Shown: positions 1-10,380 of the stretch, piece by piece
Layout of the letters: each line of letters begins with the position of its first letter
How positions within the stretch are numbered: the first letter of the stretch is position 1
Assembly (NCBI GenBank): GCA_016180135.1
Contig: JACPBV010000015.1
Location: forward strand, 2,007-66,006
Source of the DNA: Candidatus Woesearchaeota archaeon
Lineage (GTDB): Archaea > Nanobdellota > Nanobdellia > Woesearchaeales > JACPBV01
Length of the DNA: 64,000 nucleotides
Direction: 5' to 3'
The notes under the pieces: generated by a model
Told to the model about the DNA's origin: nothing
What the model saw: the letters and a program-made list of their open reading frames with translations, nothing else
Databases searched by the model: none
Position numbers and translations under genes: made by a program

Positions 1-826
1 GTTCTTTACGCAGATGGCAGTGGATGCAGGGGCGGAATTGATAATGGGCAACAGGCTTAGAGAAATTGATATGCAGAAAAAAAAGATTTGCCTGGAAAAC
101 AAAAACGGGAAAAGGACAATCTCTTATAGAAGGCTTGTAGCCGCTGACGGCCCCAACTCCAGGGTATTTACGGAGCTCAACCCAGGGATCCGCAGGAGGC
201 ATTGGCTCGGCGCCCAGGCAGTCATCAGGGGAAGATTTGACAGAGAGATGTATGAAGTCTATCTCAATAACGATTACTGCAAAGGCTTTTTTGCATGGGT
301 CGTCCCTGAATCAGGAGAAAGCGCAATAGCCGGGCTTGCAGTAAGCGAAAGGCCGTCGTTCCATTTCGAAAAGTTCATGAAGCGGCGTTTTGGGGATGGT
401 TTTAAAAAAGATATATCGGGCTACAGGGGAGGGCTGATTCCCTGCTATGACCCTGGGGTGAATTGCCGCAAGGGTGATGTTTGTTTAGTCGGTGATGCAG
501 GGCTCCACGTCAAGGCAACGACCGGCGGAGGGATCATCCCCGGCATGAAAGCGGCTCAGGCACTGGCTGAAAGCTTCAGGACAGGGGAGGATTATGAAAA
601 TCTCTGGAGAAAAAAAACCGGCTTCAACCTATGGTCCCATCTCAGGATAAGGAAGATGCTTGACAGGTTTACCGATGCTGATTATAACTATCTTGTCATG
701 CTGATGGGCACCGAAAGGGCCCGGAAGATAATGGCAGATTCAGACCGGGAGTATCCAAAGGCTTTCGCGCTGAAGCTGCTGATGGCAGAGCCGAGGCTGC
801 TGTATTTTATGAAGCATCTTTTCTGA
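1..826 (+). CDS. Geranylgeranyl reductase family FAD-dependent oxidoreductase (5'-truncated by window edge)
   Basis: Motifs ADGPNS, GFFAWVVP, LVGDAGLHVKATTGGGI; N-terminal GxGxxG Rossmann motif lies upstream of the window. Confidence 0.85.
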   Translation, partial: FFTQMAVDAGAELIMGNRLREIDMQKKKICLENKNGKRTISYRRLVAADGPNSRVFTELNPGIRRRHWLGAQAVIRGRFDREMYEVYLNNDYCKGFFAWVVPESGESAIAGLAVSERPSFHFEKFMKRRFGDGFKKDISGYRGGLIPCYDPGVNCRKGDVCLVGDAGLHVKATTGGGIIPGMKAAQALAESFRTGEDYENLWRKKTGFNLWSHLRIRKMLDRFTDADYNYLVMLMGTERARKIMADSDREYPKAFALKLLMAEPRLLYFMKHLF

Positions 827-1075
827 GGAAAGCCTCGCAGTTTTTTTAGGTTTGCGCCCATAGCAGGATTTCAAATTAATGCAGGCCGCCCTGACCTAAA
901 CCTTTTATTTTGCACTTTTGTGATTTGAAAGGGGCACAAAGTGAATCGGCAAATAAAGAACCTATCCAACCACAATCGAGTAAACTGATGTTTTCGCCTT
1001 CATCGAAAATGCCCTACTCGCCACTTCGAAGGGGGCAGTCCCCCGACAAATCGGTACTTTAGAAAGATTGTTTAC

Positions 1076-1270
1076 GAATCCAACAACATCGGCGAGGCGA
1101 GGTCGGGGGTCGCCCTCCGTGCCGAAGGCACCGGAACGCTGGATTTACCCATCGGGGTGACCGAGCAGGGCAAAATTTCTCAGAAACCTCTGAACGTAGT
1201 GAACGAGGCACAAAAAATCCTTAAGGATTTTTTCGTGAATTTGACCGTCGAGCCATTTGTTGTTGGATTC
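1076..1270. repeat. ~195-bp palindromic MITE/REP-like element with 13-bp terminal inverted repeats
   Basis: GAATCCAACAACA (1076-1088) / TGTTGTTGGATTC (1258-1270); internal hairpins GTGCC-GAA-GGCAC and AAAAAATCCTTAAGGATTTTTT. Confidence 0.55.
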
Positions 1271-1457
1271 AAAAAGGAATTGGAAGTATCGGTTTTGTAA
1301 CTGTGTAATAATTAGGGTTCAGCATAAATGCAAACCGCCCCCGAAACCTTTAAATACTTTAACGGTGAGGAACAGCATGGGGAGTTGGAGGTTTCCTGTC
1401 GGTAGAAGCCATCGGGATAAGAGATTAAACTAAAAGTTTTAAAGGGTAAAAGGGGGG

Positions 1458-1946
1458 ATGGGTATGAGCAGCGTTTCTACAGTGAAAAAGATTGACTTAA
1501 AGAAGGCTGAAGTGCACAGCCTGATTTTGCTGAACAGGATGATTTCCGGGAGCGATATGCAGTTCCTTGCGTCGGAATTTGACTTTACCGGCGGGATGGT
1601 TGATTTTTTCTCAGGCAACTACCGCAACCTTGGCATCGTTTTCAGGCTTGCCACTATCAATCCGGAAGCATCAGGAAGCAGAGATCCCTTCCTCAGAAGG
1701 GTCTTTCCGAGAATGGAGCAGAACAGCAAGTTTGACAATGCCTTCCTCAGCAGAGACTGCGCCAAGCTGCTGCTGGTGACCAACAAGCGCCTGCTGAAGC
1801 TTGACATGGAAAGAGCCAACGAAAAGATCCTGGATGCGAACTTCATGATTGAGCACATGAATGAAAAAACAGAAAATAGAGAGGAAGCCTCCGGTGAAGA
1901 GCCCAGACAGGGCATGTTCAGGCGGATGATTGAAGCGCTGCGATAA
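1458..1946 (+). CDS. Hypothetical protein
   Basis: 162-aa ORF with G-rich SD (AGGGGGG) upstream and host-like codon usage; no recognisable motif. Confidence 0.6.
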   Translation: MGMSSVSTVKKIDLKKAEVHSLILLNRMISGSDMQFLASEFDFTGGMVDFFSGNYRNLGIVFRLATINPEASGSRDPFLRRVFPRMEQNSKFDNAFLSRDCAKLLLVTNKRLLKLDMERANEKILDANFMIEHMNEKTENREEASGEEPRQGMFRRMIEALR

Positions 1947-2087
1947 AGATATCATTAGGAAAATAAAGAGTATGGGGGGCATGCGCGCCTTTATTGCTGA
2001 TTTTCCAGGCAAAACTCAGATTCATAGAAGAGATATCAGATTTTCTTCAAACCGCCGCATCAGGTCGTTGTTCTTGGCGAAGCCAGC

Positions 2088-2657
2088 CTATTTTGTGAAA
2101 GCCGGAAACTTCCCTACCCCTGAGATGAATATAATCCCAAAAATGATGATAAAAAGGATAACCACAATTACCATGAATGAGAGCAAAGCCGTCAGCAGGA
2201 TTCCGATTGACTTTCCGAGGGAAACCTGATATGCTTCTTTGATGATGAAAATAAGGGCAGTAAGCGCCCAAATCCCGAAAAGGATCGTGAGCGCTATAGA
2301 AAATGGCATGGGAAAGAAAGGGATGGCCAGCGCGATGATATCGAAAAGAAGTGTTATCCCCAGAGGCCTGAAAAAATTGAGAAACCCTGGCGATGATCCG
2401 AAAAGTTTTGCCATCCAGTGGAACGATAGGATGAACAGCAGCGCAAGGACCGGAAACGTCGGAAGGGTAAATGCCAAAAGCGGCCTCGTCTCAGAAGTGC
2501 TCTTGATGATTTCACCGATGATCTGAAGGATGATGCCGGCAGAAAAGAGGATGATTGCAGGAGTTGTCGCCTGGGCGTCATTGGAGATGCGCCTGATAGC
2601 CTTCCTGTCAAAAATAGCTATCTTGATACCGTCGACAAAGTAGTTCCAGAGGTTCAT
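2088..2657 (-). CDS. Yip1-like multi-pass membrane protein
   Basis: Five hydrophobic helices; pattern HWMAKLFG..F..F and IKEAYQVSLGKS typical of Yip1 domains. Confidence 0.65.
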   Translation of the reverse strand: MNLWNYFVDGIKIAIFDRKAIRRISNDAQATTPAIILFSAGIILQIIGEIIKSTSETRPLLAFTLPTFPVLALLFILSFHWMAKLFGSSPGFLNFFRPLGITLLFDIIALAIPFFPMPFSIALTILFGIWALTALIFIIKEAYQVSLGKSIGILLTALLSFMVIVVILFIIIFGIIFISGVGKFPAFTK

Positions 2658-2789
2658 GATGCTATAAATTTATTGTTGAGGCTTATAAATATTGCCTTTT
2701 TTGACTCCCCAATAATATGCTTGTATTTAACTACTTTTTAGTTACTAAAATGGAAATGTTTATAAATATAATGCGGTTTTTCTTCAATT

Positions 2790-3863
2790 ATGAAAGCAAC
2801 CGATGAAGGCTCAATGTACACATTTATTGCCAATTTGCTAAGGGGTCGGGGCGTCTCCGATCCTTATCTGAAAGGCAGATTTTCCTGCCGGGCAGAATGT
2901 CTGCCCAGCCAAGATGGGCAAGAAGCTGTAAGTCTTGACAGCGTTAAAATCCTTGAGCAAATAGCATTAAGGATAAGCGTTGGTGAAGGTTATCTACGAG
3001 TAACCCAGGCAAGGGATATAGATGCTCCACCAAATGGCGCTTTTACAAGCGTGGATGATGTTTTTCAGTCCGTGCCGCTGATTGAAGAGGTGGAGATAGG
3101 AGGTATTGAGGGTGGCAATGAAATTAATTTTTATTTCAGATTCGTTGACGGAGTTTATCATCCTGAATTTGTCTCATCAAATCTTCCCACCGATTGTATC
3201 AATAAGGCAGACGAGCTAAGGATTGTTTCTATAAGGGATAAGATATCTAATCCTCTCACCATTGAGGAAATAAGAGGGGGGATTCAGTATGCATTGGACT
3301 CTATGATGGGTGAACCGGAGAAGGTCTTCCCCAAAGGGCAGGAAACCGGGGTTGATGTCCCTACCTTAAATCTGTATCACGAATTTGCAAACAGGCTGGC
3401 AGGAAAGGGTTTTTTGGAAACAGATTATATGGAAAAGGACGGTTTAGTTGAAGCGGGAGAAAAATTTGAAATTAAAAGTTCGCTTAACGGCTTTGGAGGC
3501 CTGCGGGCCTCCTATTCGCAGGCAAGGAAAACACAAAAAAAGCCTGAAGAAGAAACTTTTGGAAATATAGATAAGTATTATTCAGCCTTTCCTTTCGATG
3601 AATGTGTGCAGATGGAGGGAATTGACGGTTCGGGTAATAGTTATTCGCTCGACGTTTGGTTTGATGATGGGTTATTTGAAGGATGGGATTTTGAGAAAGA
3701 AGCTAGGTTTAGTGATGCCAGAATAACTGCTTTTCTTGACGAGATAAAAGGCTATGCTATTTCAATTGACAAAGAGAATAATAAAAGTCCTACTCCCCAG
3801 CAGAGCCTTGCACTGTTGGATGCTATTATAGATGGGCTGGTTGAAATGAAGAAAGCGGCTTAG
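2790..3863 (+). CDS. Hypothetical acidic protein
   Basis: 357-aa ORF downstream of TATA-like TTTATAAATA; no recognisable family. Confidence 0.7.
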   Translation: MKATDEGSMYTFIANLLRGRGVSDPYLKGRFSCRAECLPSQDGQEAVSLDSVKILEQIALRISVGEGYLRVTQARDIDAPPNGAFTSVDDVFQSVPLIEEVEIGGIEGGNEINFYFRFVDGVYHPEFVSSNLPTDCINKADELRIVSIRDKISNPLTIEEIRGGIQYALDSMMGEPEKVFPKGQETGVDVPTLNLYHEFANRLAGKGFLETDYMEKDGLVEAGEKFEIKSSLNGFGGLRASYSQARKTQKKPEEETFGNIDKYYSAFPFDECVQMEGIDGSGNSYSLDVWFDDGLFEGWDFEKEARFSDARITAFLDEIKGYAISIDKENNKSPTPQQSLALLDAIIDGLVEMKKAA

Positions 3864-4025
3864 GTGCTATCCCATTAGGAGCTTCCTGTCTAGAGGGGCA
3901 CGATGATGCGGGGTTGGGTCCCCAGCCTACCGAGATAGGCTCTTAATACACCTTCCCCCCAAATAGAAAAAAGCCATCACCTGTTCATCCCAATCCCAGG
4001 AATCAGCAGAATAAATTAAAAATAA

Positions 4026-4334
4026 TCACTCTTTCATCTCAATCTCTATATTAAGCCCTTCAGGAATAGGGACTCTCATCACCAGCCTCAATGCCCGTTC
4101 ATCCAGCCCGAGGTCAATGAACCGCTTATGGATCCTCAGCTCAAAACGGTCATACATTGAAGTCCCGCCGCCATCTGGACCTTTCCTTGTGGTGACCTTA
4201 AGCTTCTTGGTGGGCAGAGGGACAGGCCCGCGCATATCAACGCCGGTCTTTTCAGAAATATCTTTAATGAAATTACATACTTCGTTGATTTTGTTGATGT
4301 CCGTGCTTGCGAGCTTGATTCTTGCCTTTTGCAT
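4026..4334 (-). CDS. rpsJ: 30S ribosomal protein S10 (uS10)
   Basis: [27 protein letters not shown]; directly downstream of EF-1alpha. Confidence 0.97.
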   Translation of the reverse strand: MQKARIKLASTDINKINEVCNFIKDISEKTGVDMRGPVPLPTKKLKVTTRKGPDGGGTSMYDRFELRIHKRFIDLGLDERALRLVMRVPIPEGLNIEIEMKE

Positions 4335-4414
4335 AGTCTCCTTTCATCAACGAAGTGTGCCTCACAATGAGCCTCTGGTCATCATGACCCCGGAAGGGGA
4401 ACACAACAACGGAA

Positions 4415-5570
4415 TTACTTTTTGACCAGATCGATACACATGCCGGCAGCGACAGTTGCGCCGGAATCCCGGACAGCGAACCTTGCCATCTGCGGTATAT
4501 CCTTCTGCTTTTCAATGACCAATGGCTGAACTGGCTTGACCTTGACAATAGCAGCATCGCCGTTCTTGATAAAGTCCGGCTTCTCCTGCAATGTTTCGCC
4601 AGTTGCAGGATTCAGTTTCTTGACAAGTTCGATAAACTGGCATGCTACCTGTGCAGTGTGAATATGGAACACCGGCGTATAGCCGATAGTAATGACTGAA
4701 GGATGGTTCAGCACGACAATCTGGGCAATGGTGCATCTCGATGGATTTCACTTCACCGGTGATGCCTTTGCCTTCCCTTGCAGGAACAACAATGATTTTG
4801 TCGCTGACTTTCATAACGCCCGTCTCAACCCTTCCGACAGGAACGACACCGATACCGGTGATATTGTAGACATCCTGAATAGGCAGCCTCAAAGGAAGCT
4901 GTGTTGGCTTTTCCGGAGGAACTAAAGTATCCATCGTTGCAAGCAAAGTCCCCCCTTTATACCAGGGCATATTCCCAAGGCTCTTTGCGACATTCTCGCC
5001 GGGATATGAAGCGATAGGGATAAAAGGTATCTTGTCCGGATTATATCCGACAGATTTCAGCAGCGCAGAAAGCTGAACCTTGAGGTCGTTGAATTTCTTC
5101 TCGTCATATTTGGCCATGTCCATCTTGTTGATGGCAACGATAAGCTGCTGGACACCCATGGTCTTGCAAAGGAACACATGCTCCCTTGTCTGCGCCTGGA
5201 TGCCGTCTCCCTGGTTTGCAGAGACAACAAGCACTCCGGCATCAGCCTGTGAAGCGCCGGTAATCATGTTCTTGATGAAATCCCTGTGCCCGGGGGCATC
5301 GATGATAGTAAAGAAATATTTTGGAGTCTCAAATTTCTTGTGGGCAAGGTCGATGGTAACTCCCCTTTCCTGCTCTTCCTTCAGGTTGTCCATGACAAAA
5401 GCAAATTCAAACCCAACTTTGCCGACTTCCTTCGCCCTGTCTTTGAGCTTCTTCATAGCCTGCTCATCGACATTGCCGGAATCATACAGCAGCCTGCCTA
5501 CAGTAGTTGATTTTCCATGGTCTACATGGCCTACGAATACCAGATTGATGTGCACTTTATTTTTTGCCAT
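4415..5570 (-). pseudogene. tuf: Translation elongation factor aEF-1alpha, interrupted by an internal deletion/frameshift at ~4728 (probably assembly artefact)
   Basis: [27 protein letters not shown] in 4512..5570; the C-terminal domain [22 protein letters not shown]...RFAVRD is in another frame (4415..4729); the ~40-45 residues after EMHH are missing. Confidence 0.9.
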
Positions 5571-5764
5571 TGTTGTTTCACCTTAAGCCGTGTTTAATGA
5601 CGATAAATGCTCCTGTTAGGAATTTGAGATTTGTTTATAAATGTTACTATTTTTGGAATTGCCGGGCATTCTGAAGGGAGCATGCAGAAAAAAGAGAAGA
5701 GGTTTTTCAAATAAATTCCGTAGCCGCCGCCAAACGCAGAATGGGAAAGATGCTCTCAAAAAAA

Positions 5765-7039
5765 CTAATGAGTGAGCCATGACCATAGCCTGTTCAGGGC
5801 AGAATTTGGAGACGTGCTAATCTGGACGCTTCCGTTTCCGGAGACCCTTGCAGAAGCAGGCCGGAAATTTGCCTGAGGCGCTGAAGACATCACCCAGTTA
5901 AGGGCGCCGCCAGCCCAACTGCTTTTTCGGGATGCTCTATCAGGCGATTCTGCCAAAGTATTTTTTCGGTAAGTCGATTCCTGGATCGCTCCCGCAACAT
6001 CGCCATATCCCAAGCGGTGCAATGATCCAAGAGTCAGTAATTCCTCTTGGCCTTGAATACTCAGGGTGATGCGCCCATGCTCATCGGGGGCATATCTTCC
6101 AAGATAAGCCTGCAGGAATTGTGGAAAATCAATCCTTCTCGACTTAAAATTTCCTATGCTCTCTGTCTTGAGCCGCAACAATGCCTCAAGTGTTCTCAAT
6201 TCATCAACAAAGGGAGAGCCCATTGCGTTTCCGGAATTTCTTTCTATTTGCGCGATATAGTCTCTGAGTATCTTTGATCGTAAAAGATAAGACAGCCCAT
6301 TATCGCCGGAAGCGCCGTCAGTGCCAAAGGTTTTCATCCCTAATGCCAGCTCTTTCCTCCTCTGCCCGTCCCGCAGATCATCAATAAAACTTTCCAGGCT
6401 GCCCGTTGAGGGAATTGTTCTATAGCCGTGTGAAGGGGAGCTTTGAGGGGAGGCTTGAGGAGAGCCTGAAGGTAAGAATTGAGGAGAGCCTGAAGGTAAG
6501 AATTGAGGAGAGCCCGAAGATGAGCCTGAAGCATAGGCTCGAGAATTATCAGCAGGAGTATGCTGTTCCCTAACTTTTTGCAGCGATTCAATCTTCCGCT
6601 TCATCAAAGATTTTACATAAGCAAAATTTTGTGGTTTCAGATCCGCATTATCATAAAGATAATTTTCTTTTCCGGCTTTTGCTGCATAGCTTTTTTCGAC
6701 GGCATCAACTTTTTTCAATGTTTCTTCAAGAAAACCGATTGATTTATCCGAGGATTGGAAGTGTTCAGAAGCCAAAATCTTTGCTGCCCTGGCCAGCATC
6801 GCTCTTTCGTCAGAAATATACGCAGAAGGCTCTTTGATTTCCTTCTCTTCATACCCCAGCCGAGCTGCCCGTCTCTTCGCATACTCCCTGAAAGTGCTAG
6901 CATCACGATAGACGCCGGAAAACATCAGAAGGAGTCCGGCTGCGCTGTCGAGCGGCTTGTTCTGCCTTGGAGAGTATTGTGAAGAAGCCTCATCTTTCAG
7001 GGAATTTATCCCGCCAGGCAACGTTGCCGCTATTGCCAT
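5765..7039 (-). CDS. Hypothetical protein with Ser/Pro-rich linker
   Basis: 424-aa ORF; in-frame 24-bp tandem repeat (SGSPQFLP) at 6455-6514. Confidence 0.7.
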   Translation of the reverse strand: MAIAATLPGGINSLKDEASSQYSPRQNKPLDSAAGLLLMFSGVYRDASTFREYAKRRAARLGYEEKEIKEPSAYISDERAMLARAAKILASEHFQSSDKSIGFLEETLKKVDAVEKSYAAKAGKENYLYDNADLKPQNFAYVKSLMKRKIESLQKVREQHTPADNSRAYASGSSSGSPQFLPSGSPQFLPSGSPQASPQSSPSHGYRTIPSTGSLESFIDDLRDGQRRKELALGMKTFGTDGASGDNGLSYLLRSKILRDYIAQIERNSGNAMGSPFVDELRTLEALLRLKTESIGNFKSRRIDFPQFLQAYLGRYAPDEHGRITLSIQGQEELLTLGSLHRLGYGDVAGAIQESTYRKNTLAESPDRASRKSSWAGGALNWVMSSAPQANFRPASARVSGNGSVQISTSPNSALNRLWSWLTH

Positions 7040-7211
7040 AAGGGGGGTAATGCATGTAAACTATATAAAATTAACGATTGTTAATAGGGGAATTTACAGA
7101 AAAATTAATCGAGAAGTTAAAAGGAAGATTAAAAGGAAGATTAAAGAGAAATTAGCAAAGAGGGCAGTGATGTCAAAGCTGCTGACGGCCGGGCTGTTGT
7201 TGCAGAGAGTA

Positions 7212-7787
7212 TCAGCTTACAAAAATATTTTCATTCGGCCAGTCTTTTTTTATAATCCCCCCGGCCATATTCAGGAAAGGCAGATAATTATGGAAATACC
7301 TCAGCTCCTGGATGATGGGAATTGCCTCGATGCCGACGACGCAGCCTTTGCCGTGGTTCCTCTCCAGCGACGGCAGCAGGACGGAATTAAAAAGTTCAGT
7401 TATTTCCTTGTGGTTCTTCCCTTCTATGATGATAAACAGGCCGATGTGTCCGCTGTATTCTATCAAAAACGAGTCAAGGATATATTTCGTGAAGACGCTT
7501 TTTACTTTTGGTTCAGTCCTGATCTCCTCGATCACTGTGTTGAGCTGGATGCCGATCTTGAACTTGAGGATGTAGCTGATCTGCGCGCCATACGTCCCGA
7601 TGCCGCTCTCTCCGTAATTGACTTTTGCAAGATACTGGATAATTCCCTCTTCTTCCATCTTTTTCCGCTTTCGGTTGACGGTGCGGATAGGGACTCGAGT
7701 ATTCTTTCCTATCTGGTTGTCAGAAATCCTTGGATTTTTTATCAGTTCCCTAAGGATCAGATTTTCCTGATGGTCGATTCCCCTCAT
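7212..7787 (-). CDS. Lrp/AsnC-family winged-HTH transcriptional regulator
   Basis: IDHQENLILRELIKNPRISDNQIG...TVNRKRKKMEEEGII; start moved to ATG 7787 after SD GGGGGA. Confidence 0.8.
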   Translation of the reverse strand: MRGIDHQENLILRELIKNPRISDNQIGKNTRVPIRTVNRKRKKMEEEGIIQYLAKVNYGESGIGTYGAQISYILKFKIGIQLNTVIEEIRTEPKVKSVFTKYILDSFLIEYSGHIGLFIIIEGKNHKEITELFNSVLLPSLERNHGKGCVVGIEAIPIIQELRYFHNYLPFLNMAGGIIKKDWPNENIFVS

Positions 7788-8035
7788 AGTTCCCCCGATG
7801 GTGAAAGGCGCAGGCTTGCGCTGACGGCATACCCTGGTGTACGTATAAAGCATCGGCGTAGGGATTAAGCTCCGGCAAAAAAAAATAAACAAACGCGTGA
7901 TTTGCCCGATAATGGTTTTGTTTTCCGCAATACTTGCTTTTCTGCTACATTCAGGCCAAATATATAAATGTTTTGGAGAATTTCAGCCACAAACAAGCCG
8001 AAGAGCATATTAATCTCAAAACCAAAGAGCATACC

Positions 8036-8467
8036 ATGGCTGAACAAAATTTTGAGGGCGTAAGGAAGATGTCACCCTTGCCGGCGGATATATCAGATAT
8101 GGCCGGAGGCTTCCCAAGGGTGGAAGGGATAGTTTCAAAAGTTATTGGGGGTTCTGAAAGGAAAAGGGACAATAATGGGGGGACCCTCGCCGATTCGCTC
8201 ATCATAGGTGCCAAAAGGAGCCCATCGGCGGTGGGTAACGATGGAAATGCTGGACAAGAAAGTGATGGACTTAACCCCGGCTACTGGGTCATTGACGACG
8301 ATGGATTCCCTCCGGTGTTTTTTCCTTCAGCAGATGGAAGGTATCCCGCCGGGCTTGTCGATTATGTTTTTGAAACTTACCCTCATGGGGGAAATTTCCG
8401 GGTAGCTTACGGCTCAGAGGAGATTCTTCGGGAAAACCTCCGCCCGCATGATATCGGCTTTCACTAA
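8036..8467 (+). CDS. Hypothetical protein
   Basis: ATG at 8036 downstream of TATATAAA; divergent from the Lrp gene. Confidence 0.55.
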   Translation: MAEQNFEGVRKMSPLPADISDMAGGFPRVEGIVSKVIGGSERKRDNNGGTLADSLIIGAKRSPSAVGNDGNAGQESDGLNPGYWVIDDDGFPPVFFPSADGRYPAGLVDYVFETYPHGGNFRVAYGSEEILRENLRPHDIGFH

Positions 8468-8617
8468 ATCCATGATCCCAACAGCTGTTTAATTGGGCTT
8501 TGTAAAAGTATTTGAGTTATAAATACGAGTTACGAGTAATTTAAGGATCATGACATTGCACTCCCGGAGAGGGTCCAGGCTGTTCAAGTTTGTTAATGAA
8601 CGCTGATTCATAAAATC

Positions 8618-8947
8618 CTATTGCATAGTCCTGGAGAGAAAACACCTGATGTGGGAGTTTATTTTCTCCTCTATCGTCCCAGAAAAAAGCGCAACAGACC
8701 ATGGCAGCGGCTTTACGTTTTGTGCGGTAAGCTCAAGATTGCTTTCATCCCAAGTAACCTCTCCCTGGATAGTTATGCCTTTTATCAATCCTACTGAAAC
8801 CTCCATCTTCCGCTCACCCATGCGCCGGGAACTGCACGATACGACGTAATCACTGTAAGCTCCTTTCAAATCGCCCAGCATTGCTTCAACGGCAGCCGGA
8901 ACACTTTCTCCGGACTGATGATGCTGATGTTTATACTCGATTCTCAT
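8618..8947 (-). CDS. Small protein resembling the polyhydroxyalkanoic acid system protein family (PHA_gran_rgn)
   Basis: 109 aa; MRIEYKH start, beta-rich middle (IQGEVTWD), C-terminal LFSGTIEEKI...L helix. Confidence 0.45.
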   Translation of the reverse strand: MRIEYKHQHHQSGESVPAAVEAMLGDLKGAYSDYVVSCSSRRMGERKMEVSVGLIKGITIQGEVTWDESNLELTAQNVKPLPWSVALFSGTIEEKINSHIRCFLSRTMQ

Positions 8948-8967
8948 GTGGGATCCCTCTCCTTCCT

Positions 8968-9108
8968 TTAACGGTATTCCTCCAGCAGATCCATCACCGC
9001 ATGCACCAGAAAGTCATGCTGGTCTTCAAAAATTTCATCGCCCCCGACAATCTCCCGGATCCTGTCAATCGCAGCTGCAGGAAGTGAAATTTTTACGGTT
9101 TTTTCCAT
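8968..9108 (-). CDS. Ribbon-helix-helix (CopG/Arc/MetJ-like) regulator
   Basis: MEKTVKISLPAAAIDRIREIV...DFLVHAVMDLLEEYR: alternating beta strand + xSLP + two helices. Confidence 0.7.
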   Translation of the reverse strand: MEKTVKISLPAAAIDRIREIVGGDEIFEDQHDFLVHAVMDLLEEYR

Positions 9109-9349
9109 TTTTATCCCACAGCTCTTAGCTGCCCTTTTACCGCTGCGCTGCATATTTAAGGCTATCCCCTAATGAATATATATTCCACTATTGCAATATA
9201 TCCGTAAAATTTACAATAGGGATAGAAATATTTATATATTCCAACGTTCAAAATACGGATTATTGCCTTGCCTGGCTGTTTTCTTTCTTTTGGCAAAGAG
9301 TTGACAGCACCAAAAATTTGCGCAGCATTACTGGCGATAGCTGGAATAG

Positions 9350-9419
9350 AAGGGGATGTCATAAATGAAATGCCATAAAGGAGATTCCATAAAGGATATT
9401 CCATAAAGGGGATGTCATG
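9350..9419 (+). repeat. 14-bp degenerate direct repeats overlapping SD/start of the AbrB-PhoU regulator
   Basis: CCATAAAGGAGATT, CCATAAAGGATATT, CCATAAAGGGGATG at 9373/9387/9401, plus AAGGGGATGTCATA at 9350. Confidence 0.7.
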
Positions 9420-10364
9420 AAGCGAAAAGTCATCAAGCAGGGGCACAATACGCTCACTATCACCTTACCGGCGAAATGGGTTGAGCAGCATAGCATCAAG
9501 GCTGGGGATGAGCTGGATCTCGATGAGAACGGGAACAAGCTTATAGTGATGAATGGGGGCAACGACGGTAAAAAAGAAATTGACATTGAAGTCACTGATT
9601 TTGACAGGACATCTATTGTATATCTTCTCCGCTACCTTTACAGAAGCGGCTTTAACGTCAGAGCGATAAGATTCTCTAACCAAACAACATATTATTACCG
9701 CCAGCAAAAGCCGATTCCGGTTTTTAATGTGGTTCAGCTCGAAGTGCGGAGGCTGATAGGTGTCGAGGTCATCGAGAGAAAGAACAACTCCGTGATCCTT
9801 CAGTTTATGATAGACGAAAAGCCTGAGGACTATGATTCTTTCTTGAGAAGGGCGTTTTATATGACTTCCCTGATGTTTGACCACTTATTGGATGGGCTTA
9901 AAGAAAAAGATACGACGTCCCTCTCGCTGATTGCTGAGGACCACGACACATTGACAAAATTTATCAGTTATTGTTATAGAGTAATTAACCTCAGAAACCA
10001 GCTTGGGGCGATGAGAAGGCATCTCGCGTACACACTGCTGGAGTCAATCGAGCTTATTGTTGACCTGCTGGAGGAATTAGCCATTGAGACTATGGAGTCC
10101 CAAAAAAAGCCGTCAGCTTGCGTCTTGGCAATCCTCAATTCATGCAAAGAGCTGTTTGACAGTTTTCAAAAGATGTACTACAGTTTTAACCCTAAAGAAA
10201 TTATCGCTCTTGCGATGCAGAGAAACGATATCATGAAAAAAGTCAATTCCTGCCATAAAACACCATCATTCCTGGATATATCGCTTGCATCAAAGCTTCA
10301 GTTGATCCCCGCTATCATAATCAGAAATTTTACCGGATTGAGTTTAAGCCTGCAGTTACAGTGA
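9417..10364 (+). CDS. AbrB/MazE-like DNA-binding domain + PhoU-like regulator (archaeal phosphate uptake regulator family)
   Basis: RKVIKQGHNTLTITLPAKWV...IKAGDEL N-terminus, LYRSG, LIGVEVIE, helical PhoU-like C-terminus. Confidence 0.85.
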   Translation: MKRKVIKQGHNTLTITLPAKWVEQHSIKAGDELDLDENGNKLIVMNGGNDGKKEIDIEVTDFDRTSIVYLLRYLYRSGFNVRAIRFSNQTTYYYRQQKPIPVFNVVQLEVRRLIGVEVIERKNNSVILQFMIDEKPEDYDSFLRRAFYMTSLMFDHLLDGLKEKDTTSLSLIAEDHDTLTKFISYCYRVINLRNQLGAMRRHLAYTLLESIELIVDLLEELAIETMESQKKPSACVLAILNSCKELFDSFQKMYYSFNPKEIIALAMQRNDIMKKVNSCHKTPSFLDISLASKLQLIPAIIIRNFTGLSLSLQLQ

Positions 10365-10380
10365 TGACAAGAATAACCAG

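Noticed and set aside
4700-4760. Programmed frameshift or intron explanation for the tuf break
   Set aside because: Sequence is missing rather than inserted or merely shifted, so recoding or cis-splicing cannot restore it
7070-7082. 13-mer ATTAACGATTGTT shared with 24868-24880 as island boundary repeats
   Set aside because: Short, AT-rich and promoter-adjacent; no integrase or tRNA target; may be chance
6957-7868. 303-aa plus-strand ORF
   Set aside because: Antisense shadow of the Lrp regulator; no motifs
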